This document shows, one piece after another, positions 34,941-42,536 of a stretch of 42,536 nucleotides of DNA. The DNA comes from Parcubacteria group bacterium (lineage in GTDB: Bacteria; Patescibacteriota; Minisyncoccia; Phycocordibacterales; Phycocordibacteraceae). Each line of letters opens with the position of its first letter. The stretch's first letter is position 1. The notes beneath the pieces were generated by a model. That model searched no databases. It had not been told where the DNA came from and saw nothing but the letters and a program-made list of their open reading frames with translations. Both the position numbers and the translations under genes were made by a program. The DNA lies in assembly GCA_028286605.1 (NCBI GenBank), contig JAQBRE010000007.1, forward strand, positions 1 through 42,536, read 5' to 3'.

Positions 34941-37472
34941 ATGGCTAACGTATTAGGCAAGATATTCGCCCAGAACCAGTCAGCGACCTTTATTAGAGGC
35001 GGTAAAGGCGTAGTGGATGCTGCTGCGGCGCTTTCGGAGCAGTTCGAAGGCCTTTCCAAGGAGGAACTCCAGGCACGCCTTCAGGTCGTTAAAGAACGCA
35101 CAGACGGGCATCCCGAGAAGGATGCAGATATCGCCGAAGTATTCGCGCTCGTGCGTGAAGCATCGCGCCGCATGCTGAAAGAGCGTCACTATGACGTGCA
35201 GCTTATCGGCGGCCTCGCGCTCGCAAAAGGGAAGATCGCCGAGATGCGCACCGGTGAAGGAAAGACGCTCGTCGCGACGCTCGCGATAACGTTGCGCGCG
35301 CTCGCGGGCAAGGGCGTGCACTTGGTGACGGTGAACGATTACCTCGCACGTCGCGATGCTGCATGGATGGGACAAGTGTATGACTATCTCGGCCTTAGTC
35401 TCGGTGTCATTTCTTCCAGCGGTGCATATGTATATGATCCATCGCACGTGACGCAAGGCGAAGACGAAGCCCGTGATGAGACAGGCTCGTTCCGCGTGTT
35501 TTACGACTACCTTCGTCCTGCATCGAAGAAGGAAGCGTACGATGCTGACATCACCTACGCGACGAACAACGAGCTCGGCTTCGATTATCTTCGCGACAAC
35601 ACCGCGTATGATGCGTCGCAGATCGTGCAGCGCGGCCATCACTATGCGATCGTGGACGAGATCGACTCGATCCTTATCGATGAAGCGCGTACGCCGCTTA
35701 TCATCTCGGGCCCTGCGGCAGACGCAGAACAGCTCTACGATCGCTTCGCTGCTATCGCGCGAACGCTCAATCCGGAAGAAGACTATACGGTTGATGAGAA
35801 ACAGAAAGCGATTCAGCTCACTGACGCTGGCATAACGAAAGCAGAGAAGGCACTCGGTATCGAGAATTTATATACGGAGGGCGGCGTGAAGTTCGCCCAT
35901 CACCTTGAAACTGCCGTACGCGCGCAGGCATTGTTCCATAAGGATAAGGAGTACGTGGTGAAAGACGGCGAGGTCATGATCGTGGATGAATTTACGGGCC
36001 GCCTGCAGCCAGGACGTCGCTGGAGCGAAGGCTTGCATCAGGCTATCGAAGCGAAGGAAGGTCTTGCCGTGCAGAAGGAGACGCGCACATACGCGAGCGT
36101 TACATTCCAGAACCTGTTCCGCATGTATGAGGCGCTTGCGGGTATGACTGGTACCGGCCTTTCTTCGGAGGAAGAATTCTACACGGTGTACAAGCTCGAT
36201 GTGGTGGTTATTCCGACGAACCGCGTCGTGCAGCGTATCGATCACGACGATCTTATCTTCCAGACGAATGCAGGGAAGTACACGGCGCTCGCACGCGAGA
36301 TCCAGGAACTGCAGGAGAAAGGTCAGCCGGTCCTCATCGGTACGGTTTCGATCGAAGACAACGAGGTTGTCAGTCAGTATCTTACGGATGCGAAGGTGCC
36401 GCACGAAGTGCTGAACGCCAAGAACCATGAACGCGAAGGCGAGCTTATCGCGCAGGCAGGCCGTAAGGGTCGCGTGACGGTGGCGACGAATCTCGCTGGT
36501 CGCGGCGTGGACATCAAGCTCGGCGGCGCACCGGTAGACCCCCAAGAGCAGGAAGCCGTCCGACAGCTCGGCGGCCTCGCCGTTATCGGAACGGAACGCC
36601 ACGAAGCGCGCCGTATCGACAACCAGCTGCGCGGCCGTTCGGGTCGCCAGGGCGACCCGGGTGAAACGCGTTTCTACGTATCGCTCGAAGATAAGCTCAT
36701 GCGCGTCTTCGCTTCAGACATGCTCAAGCGCGTCATGGGTACGTTCAAGATCCCTGAAGACGAACCTATTGCCAGCGGCATGATCAGCAAGAGCCTCGAG
36801 ACCGCGCAGAAGCGCATCGAAGGATTCAACTTTGACGCCCGCAAGCAGGTCCTTGCCTACGACGACGTGATGAACACGCAGCGCCTTTCCATATATGAGC
36901 GCCGTCGCATCGCGCTTACAGGCAGTATCGAGGATATAGAGACGGCCATCATGGATATGATCGGTACTGATGAAACAGCACTCGCCGCATACAAGGCGAA
37001 GAAGGAAGAGTTCGGTCCTGAAATATGGAGCGGCCTCATGCGTCGTCTTATCCTGCAGATTACGGATGCATTCTGGCTTGAGCAGCTCGAGACCATGGAC
37101 TATCTGCGTCGCACCGTCTCACTCCGTGCCTATGGCCAGCGCGATCCGCTCATTGAGTATCGTCGTGAAGGATTGATGCGCTTCCAGCAGATGGAAGACG
37201 GTATCGCAGCCCAGATCCGCGAAGCGATTCCTCATGTCATTCCTTCCGATGATTCCCTCATACGCGCACAGGAAGAGAAGACCCGTCGCCAGCTCGTTGC
37301 CGCAAGCGAAGGCGGAGATGGTTCTGATGAACAGGAAAAGACACCGATCGTTAAAGTTGATACGCCAAATCGGAACGATACCGTCACTATCCGCAAAGGC
37401 GATCAGACGCAGACGCTTAAATATAAGAAGGCAGAAAATCTTCTTGAAGAAGGATGGGTACTCGAGCAATAG
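34941..37472 (+). CDS. secA: Preprotein translocase subunit SecA
   Basis: EMRTGEGKTL, VTVNDYLARRDA, IVDEIDSILIDEARTPLIISG, GRRWSEGLHQAIEAKE, ATNLAGRGVDI, RIDNQLRGRSGRQGDPG. Confidence 0.98.
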   Translation: MANVLGKIFAQNQSATFIRGGKGVVDAAAALSEQFEGLSKEELQARLQVVKERTDGHPEKDADIAEVFALVREASRRMLKERHYDVQLIGGLALAKGKIAEMRTGEGKTLVATLAITLRALAGKGVHLVTVNDYLARRDAAWMGQVYDYLGLSLGVISSSGAYVYDPSHVTQGEDEARDETGSFRVFYDYLRPASKKEAYDADITYATNNELGFDYLRDNTAYDASQIVQRGHHYAIVDEIDSILIDEARTPLIISGPAADAEQLYDRFAAIARTLNPEEDYTVDEKQKAIQLTDAGITKAEKALGIENLYTEGGVKFAHHLETAVRAQALFHKDKEYVVKDGEVMIVDEFTGRLQPGRRWSEGLHQAIEAKEGLAVQKETRTYASVTFQNLFRMYEALAGMTGTGLSSEEEFYTVYKLDVVVIPTNRVVQRIDHDDLIFQTNAGKYTALAREIQELQEKGQPVLIGTVSIEDNEVVSQYLTDAKVPHEVLNAKNHEREGELIAQAGRKGRVTVATNLAGRGVDIKLGGAPVDPQEQEAVRQLGGLAVIGTERHEARRIDNQLRGRSGRQGDPGETRFYVSLEDKLMRVFASDMLKRVMGTFKIPEDEPIASGMISKSLETAQKRIEGFNFDARKQVLAYDDVMNTQRLSIYERRRIALTGSIEDIETAIMDMIGTDETALAAYKAKKEEFGPEIWSGLMRRLILQITDAFWLEQLETMDYLRRTVSLRAYGQRDPLIEYRREGLMRFQQMEDGIAAQIREAIPHVIPSDDSLIRAQEEKTRRQLVAASEGGDGSDEQEKTPIVKVDTPNRNDTVTIRKGDQTQTLKYKKAENLLEEGWVLEQ

Positions 37473-38713
37473 TCTCTAAGGAGACGTACGACGTCATTGT
37501 GATCGGCGGCGGAGCCGCCGGCATGATGGCTGCAGCTATGGCCGGCGCGGGCGGGAAGCGCGTGCTTCTTCTGGAGAAGAATGGAAAGCTTGGCGAGAAG
37601 CTCGCTATTTCAGGTGGCGGTCGCTGCAACATCCTGAACGCGGAAGAGGATGCGCGCGTCCTTGTTGCAAACTATGGTGCTGCGCAGCCGTTCCTTCATT
37701 CGCCATTCGCTACGTTCGGCATGCTGGAAACATACGGATTCTTCGAATCTAATGGCTTGCCGCTTACAGTGCAGGCGAAGCAGCGCGCCTTTCCGGAAAG
37801 TGAGCGTGCACGTGATGTCGTCGATTTCTTTCGCGAACAGCTCACTGCAGGAAAAGTAATCGTGAAGCTGCGCGCGCCGGTAGAGGAGATTCGTGCCAAG
37901 AGCGGCAAGATTGAATCAGTACTTGCAGGCGGTATCGAATATCGCGCACCTGCATACGTACTTGCTACGGGCGGCGTCTCGCACCCTGAGACTGGCTCTA
38001 CGGGCGATGGCTTCGATTGGTTGCGCGATCTCGGTCATACCGTTATCGCACCGACACCGACCATCGTGCCGCTCAAGGCGAAGGAAGGCTGGGTGAAAGA
38101 TCTTGCTGGAAAGAGCGTGCCGGAAGCGAAGGCGACATTCTTCGCGAACGGTACGCGCAAATTCTCCACGACGGGCCCTATCCTGTTCACGCATCAGGGT
38201 CTTTCTGGTCCCACCATCCTTAATGCTGCAGGCAAGGTTTCAGACCTTCTGCACGAGGGTGTCGTTACGGTAGAGATAGATATGTTCCCGAAAACGGACC
38301 TCGGCATTCTTGATCGCGAGCTTCGAGATTATTTTGATACCAGCAAGAACAAGTCACTAAAGAATGCATTCAGAGGATTCGTACCGAACGGCCTGAGTGA
38401 TGTGCTACTCGCACGCCTGCCCGAGATCGATCCTGAAACGAAGACGCATAGCGTTACGAAAGAGCAGCGCCGACTCCTCGCGGAACTCCTTAAGGGACTC
38501 ATGCTCACTATCACCGGACTGCTCGGTTTCGAGAAAGCCGTGGTTGCAGATGGCGGCGTTCCGCTTACGGAAATCGACATGCGCACGATGCGTTCGCTCA
38601 AGATCGAGAACCTGCACGTAGTGGGGGACCTGCTCCACATCAGCCGCCCTTCGGGCGGCTACTCCCTCCAGCTCTGTTGGACCACCGGTTTCATCGCAGG
38701 CACGAACGCGTAG
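37454..38713 (+). CDS. HI0933/YhiN (BaiN-like) flavoprotein
   Basis: IGGGAAGMMAA, KLAISGGGRCN, ATGGVSHPETGSTGDG, LFTHQGLSGP, GGYSLQ. Start position uncertain. Confidence 0.92.
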   Translation: MGTRAIVSKETYDVIVIGGGAAGMMAAAMAGAGGKRVLLLEKNGKLGEKLAISGGGRCNILNAEEDARVLVANYGAAQPFLHSPFATFGMLETYGFFESNGLPLTVQAKQRAFPESERARDVVDFFREQLTAGKVIVKLRAPVEEIRAKSGKIESVLAGGIEYRAPAYVLATGGVSHPETGSTGDGFDWLRDLGHTVIAPTPTIVPLKAKEGWVKDLAGKSVPEAKATFFANGTRKFSTTGPILFTHQGLSGPTILNAAGKVSDLLHEGVVTVEIDMFPKTDLGILDRELRDYFDTSKNKSLKNAFRGFVPNGLSDVLLARLPEIDPETKTHSVTKEQRRLLAELLKGLMLTITGLLGFEKAVVADGGVPLTEIDMRTMRSLKIENLHVVGDLLHISRPSGGYSLQLCWTTGFIAGTNA

Positions 38714-38778
38714 CATCTTTCGTTCGCCGTATTCGCATTGATATCTTTATATCGTGTGTTGTGATAAGATGCATCTAT

Positions 38779-39762
38779 ATGGCATTCGTAGATGAGATGC
38801 AGATTCATGCAAAGGCAGGTCACGGCGGAAACGGCGTGATTCGTTGGCTGCATATCAAAGGTAACGAGAAAGCCGGCCCTGCAGGCGGGGACGGCGGACG
38901 CGGTGGAGACATCGTGCTTCGCGCGGTGCGCGACCTCGGAATCCTTGCACGCTATCGATACTCGAAGAAGTTCCGTGCAGAGAACGGCGCACCAGGCGGC
39001 GGTAATGATAAGCACGGCAAAGATGGCGAAGACATCGTCATCCTCGTACCGGTCGGTACGGTAGCAAAGAACTGCACCACGCAGGAACTAGTCGAGTTCT
39101 TCGAAGACGGAGAAGAGAAGATCATCTTCAAGGGCGGCATTGGCGGTCTCGGTAATCCGCACTTCAAAAGCTCCATAAATCAGAATCCTAAGGAGGCTAC
39201 ACCCGGCAAACCAGGGCAGGCTGGGGATATCCAAATCACCCTTAAACTCATCGCTGACGTCGGTTTCGTAGGATTCCCGAATGCAGGGAAGTCCTCCATC
39301 CTGAACGAGCTCACTCGTGCGCAGTCTAAGGTCGGCGCGTACCCATTCACCACGCTCGAGCCGCACCTCGGTGAATTCTACGGGCACATACTCGCAGACA
39401 TTCCAGGCCTCATCGAAGGCTCCTCGGTAGGCAAAGGTCTCGGTTCTCGCTTCCTTCGCCACATAGAACGTACTAAAATCATTACGCATCTTGTCTCGGC
39501 TGAGCAAGAAGACATTGCAGAAAGCTATACCGCCATACGAAAGGAGCTTGAAACGTTCAGTGGCAACCTGGAAGGGAAGGAGGAGATAGTCGTACTTTCA
39601 AAGGCAGATCTTCTGACTCCTGAAGAGCTCGAATCGAAGCTCAAGATTCTTTCTGACGTCTCGGGTAAGCAGGCTATCCCGCTTTCGGTTATCGACGATA
39701 CGCTCCTGAAGGCCTTTTCAGACACGCTCTCCAAGCACCTCGACGCCATAAAAAAGGCGTAA
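38779..39762 (+). CDS. obgE: GTPase ObgE/CgtA
   Basis: MAFVDE..AGHGGNG, GGDGGRGG, LKLIADVGFVGFPNAGKSS, YPFTTL.P, DIPGLIEG. Start at 38779. Confidence 0.96.
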   Translation: MAFVDEMQIHAKAGHGGNGVIRWLHIKGNEKAGPAGGDGGRGGDIVLRAVRDLGILARYRYSKKFRAENGAPGGGNDKHGKDGEDIVILVPVGTVAKNCTTQELVEFFEDGEEKIIFKGGIGGLGNPHFKSSINQNPKEATPGKPGQAGDIQITLKLIADVGFVGFPNAGKSSILNELTRAQSKVGAYPFTTLEPHLGEFYGHILADIPGLIEGSSVGKGLGSRFLRHIERTKIITHLVSAEQEDIAESYTAIRKELETFSGNLEGKEEIVVLSKADLLTPEELESKLKILSDVSGKQAIPLSVIDDTLLKAFSDTLSKHLDAIKKA

Positions 39763-39804
39763 CCCGCGGTTGCGCGTTTGCCTCAGAACCTCTAGGCTAG
39801 AGCT

Positions 39805-41226
39805 ATGTCCGACCCCCGTTCAGAATATAAAACGACTATCGGCCTCGAGGTCCATGCCGAGCTCGCTACGCAGACCAAGATGTTCTGCGACTCTCCGAAT
39901 GACTCGGAAGAGACGCGACCGAACCAGAACGTATGCCCGGTCTGCCTTGCGCACCCAGGAACGATTCCTGTACCGAATCGCGAAGCGATTCATCATGTAC
40001 TGCGTGTCGGCAGCGCGCTCGGTTCGAAGCTCGCCGACTACAGCGAGTTCGATCGTAAATCATATTTCTATCCGGACATTCCGAAGGGATACCAGATCAG
40101 TCAGTTCGAATATCCATTCGTCTCCGGCGGTTCGCTCGGCGGCGTTGACATCACTCGCGTGCATCTTGAAGAAGACACGGCGCGCTCTTCGCATGCGAAC
40201 GGCGCAAGTCTCGTTGATTTCAATCGTGCCGGCGTGCCACTCATGGAGCTCGTTACCGAGCCGGTGATTCATGACGCAGAGACTGCAGGCAAGTTCGCCC
40301 GTGAACTTCAGCTCCTTCTTCGCACGCTCGGTGCATCGCATGCGAACCTCGAGAAAGGGGAGATGCGCATAGAAGCGAACATTTCCGTATCAAAGACCGA
40401 CACCTTCGGAACGAAAGTTGAGGTTAAAAACATTAACTCGTTTCGTTCTGTGGAGCGCGCGATCGCCTATGAAGTTGATCGCCAGATTAAACTTATCGAA
40501 GAAGGCGGAGCCGTCGTGCAAGAAACGCGCGGCTGGGACGAAGGCAAGCAGGAGACATTCCATCAGCGCCTCAAAGAGGGTAGCGCAGACTATCGTTATT
40601 TCCCTGAGCCTGATATCCCGAAGATATATCGCTCTCGTATTGCTGAATGGAGCGATGAGGCATTAAAAGCCTCGCTGCCAGAACTGCCGTGGGAGAAGCG
40701 TGCACGCTACACAACGTTCGGCATGAAGGAAGAAGATGCTGTATACGTTGCGAACGACGTAGAGCGCGCGGTATTCTTCGACGCCGTTATAAATGCGATA
40801 GGTGATGACACGAACATGCGTATGCTCGCGGTTAATTATTTCGTATCGGATCTTGCAGGAATTTATGCGAATGCAACGAGTGAAATAAAAATTACACCGG
40901 AAACATTTACAAAACTCATACAGATGATCGGCGCGAACAAGCTTTCATCACGCGGCGCGAAAGACACGCTCGCACTGATGGCTACAGAAGGTGGCGATCC
41001 TGAAGCTCTCGCTACCGCGCATGGCCTCGTACAGGTTAGCGATACAGGCGCTTTGCTCAAGGCCGTTCAGGAGGTTATCGCAGCGAACGATGCGGTGGTA
41101 GCTGAGTACCGAGCGGGCAAAGAAGCCTCTCTTCAGTTCCTCCTTGGCCAGGCCATGAAGGCCACCCGCGGCGCCGGCAATCCTGGCGTGCTCAAGGAGC
41201 TGCTCATCGCTGAACTAAAGAAATAG
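39805..41226 (+). CDS. gatB: Asp/Glu-tRNA amidotransferase subunit B
   Basis: IGLEVHAEL, FDRKSYFYPDIPKGYQISQ, HLEEDT, DFNRAGVPLMELVTEP, VEVKNINSF, DYRYFPEPD. Confidence 0.97.
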   Translation: MSDPRSEYKTTIGLEVHAELATQTKMFCDSPNDSEETRPNQNVCPVCLAHPGTIPVPNREAIHHVLRVGSALGSKLADYSEFDRKSYFYPDIPKGYQISQFEYPFVSGGSLGGVDITRVHLEEDTARSSHANGASLVDFNRAGVPLMELVTEPVIHDAETAGKFARELQLLLRTLGASHANLEKGEMRIEANISVSKTDTFGTKVEVKNINSFRSVERAIAYEVDRQIKLIEEGGAVVQETRGWDEGKQETFHQRLKEGSADYRYFPEPDIPKIYRSRIAEWSDEALKASLPELPWEKRARYTTFGMKEEDAVYVANDVERAVFFDAVINAIGDDTNMRMLAVNYFVSDLAGIYANATSEIKITPETFTKLIQMIGANKLSSRGAKDTLALMATEGGDPEALATAHGLVQVSDTGALLKAVQEVIAANDAVVAEYRAGKEASLQFLLGQAMKATRGAGNPGVLKELLIAELKK

Positions 41227-41327
41227 ATAAAAGCCATTTTGGGGACTACGCAGCGCGACGGCGCGAGTCGGAGGAATTTTCCAGCAGGAAAATATCCGTG
41301 CCCCAAAATGGCTTTTATCTATTTCTT
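41218..41327 (+). repeat. Structured intergenic element, copy 2, with perfect 27-bp arms
   Basis: AAGAAATAGATAAAAGCCATTTTGGGG (41218-41244) and its exact reverse complement (41301-41327) enclose the same core as copy 1. Confidence 0.8.
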
Positions 41328-41380
41328 ATACACAGTCCCCATCTATTTCATACAAGACAAGATAGCCTTATACTTTCTAT

Positions 41381-42313
41381 ATGAATGAACTTACTATCGA
41401 TGGCAAGATATACATCTCGTCTAAGAAGGCCGCTGATCTGACGGGGTATGCGAAGGACTACATCGGGCAGCTTTGTCGTGAAGGTCACGTTGAAGCGCGC
41501 ATGGTCGGTCGCAGCTGGTATGTGCTTGAAACCTCGATACGTGCCCATCGTTTCGGCGGTGATCCGCACGCAACGCCTATTGAAGCTGCGGTTGAAGCGC
41601 CTCTGGCTGTTTCAGTAACGGATGCCTGGGAAAAGCCTACGTATGTTCAAGAAACAGTGCCCTCCATGCTTATTCCAACCGTACAGCGCCCCGCAGAGCC
41701 TGAAATAACGCCTGTAGAAGCGGTTTCTTCTGCTGAATCCTTAACTGATATGCAGGCAGCGTGGAAGGAATGGTTCTCACAGAAGCAAGATACGCTCATT
41801 GAAACGCCTGAAATCATTGATGCACGTGAGGAGGCACACAATCACGAGGACGAGATCGCTCGCAACATTCAGGCATTCAAGGATGCGCATCAGGATATCG
41901 AGGCTTCGGAGCACGAAGTAGAGCCACAGGAAGCGCTAGAAGAGCAGGTTTCAATCACTCCTATACATCATGCTGAGCCAGAGGAGCCAGTATTCGACGA
42001 GATAGAAGAGGAGTCAGAGCCGGTATTGATTCACCATGCTCCAGAAGTATTGCACGTTGCTCGTGTGGAGCAGCCTGTACTAAGCAAGAAAGAGCGTAAG
42101 CAGGCACAGGTTCGTGCCCGTAAGGCGCGTCGTGCACGTACGGAGAGCACTGGAGGATCGTTTGTTCTTCAGGCGTTACTATTCGTACTGATTCTCGTCG
42201 CTATTGTGGTAGCGATTATTGGAACTGGGTATGCGGCGAATTACGTTCGCGTTAACCCTATTCTTCTTCCTGTGTTCGATTATCTCGGTGGAACGAGCAC
42301 ATTCACTAAGTAA
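41381..42313 (+). CDS. N-terminal excisionase-type HTH protein with acidic linker and C-terminal TM helix
   Basis: YISSKKAADLTGYAKDYIGQLCREG.VEAR.VGRSWYV, then an E/P-rich linker, a basic patch and a hydrophobic helix. TATACT lies 6 nt before the ATG. Confidence 0.85.
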   Translation: MNELTIDGKIYISSKKAADLTGYAKDYIGQLCREGHVEARMVGRSWYVLETSIRAHRFGGDPHATPIEAAVEAPLAVSVTDAWEKPTYVQETVPSMLIPTVQRPAEPEITPVEAVSSAESLTDMQAAWKEWFSQKQDTLIETPEIIDAREEAHNHEDEIARNIQAFKDAHQDIEASEHEVEPQEALEEQVSITPIHHAEPEEPVFDEIEEESEPVLIHHAPEVLHVARVEQPVLSKKERKQAQVRARKARRARTESTGGSFVLQALLFVLILVAIVVAIIGTGYAANYVRVNPILLPVFDYLGGTSTFTK

Positions 42314-42371
42314 ATAAAGGGTATTCTATCTCGGATAGAATTAGTTAAAGAAATAAATAGTTACTAGATAG

Positions 42372-42404
42372 TAAAAGAACGAGCCCGAAGGGCTCGTTCT
42401 TTTA
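42372..42404. terminator. Bidirectional-type intrinsic terminator
   Basis: TAAAAGAACGAGCCC-GAA-GGGCTCGTTCTTTTA. Confidence 0.88.
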
Positions 42405-42536
42405 TCTTATAAGCCTATATAAGAGGACTTTCAATCAAAATATTGTGGCGCTTACATACCTATCTATAGATCCAAACGCCTTAGAAACGAATATAGAGGC
42501 ACGAATAATCATTCATATCAGTTATACAGAATGACT

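Noticed and set aside
34980-36602. Minus-strand ORFs of 220 and 244 aa
   Set aside because: Antisense shadows of secA caused by codon bias.
42322-42340. Small inverted repeat ATTCTATC-TCG-GATAGAAT
   Set aside because: Short and AT-rich, and next to a much stronger terminator, so there is not enough support for a separate function.

Overview
This looks like a chromosomal window from a Patescibacteria (CPR) bacterium, most likely Parcubacteria. That assignment is inferred from the divergent 16S 3' end, a solo VirD4-like ATPase, an HTH-TM protein and repeat-rich surface proteins; the genetic code is standard code 11. The window opens with the 3' end of a 16S rRNA gene that lacks the canonical anti-Shine-Dalgarno and is not followed by 23S. 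Next come tRNA-Ile(GAU), a divergent cell-wall trio (YfiH/PgeF-like, Mpl-like ligase, ATE/Bpt-like aminoacyl transferase), rsmI and the VirD4-like ATPase. A ~24 kb glycan locus follows (GT4s, GT9, five methyltransferases of which one has an in-frame stop, sugar-nucleotide enzymes, Wzx, O-antigen-ligase-like protein), with secreted repeat proteins embedded in it. The window ends with murB, a tiny histone-H1-like gene, secA, an HI0933-family flavoprotein, obgE, gatB and an HTH-TM gene. The most notable signals are: (1) two copies of a covarying, multi-stem intergenic element whose long closing arms differ between copies, one arm being an inverted copy of the gatB 3' end; (2) loss of the anti-SD together with a -10 box 6-9 nt before many start codons, suggesting widespread leaderless translation, while three orphan genes keep a classical promoter, SD and terminator; (3) a pair of secreted proteins sharing an Asn/Thr/Gly repeat, possibly a fibre subunit plus anchor, inside a probable protein-glycosylation locus; (4) an altered Mpl-like ligase tightly linked to a tRNA-dependent transferase. 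All family assignments come from motif recognition by eye, not database searches.
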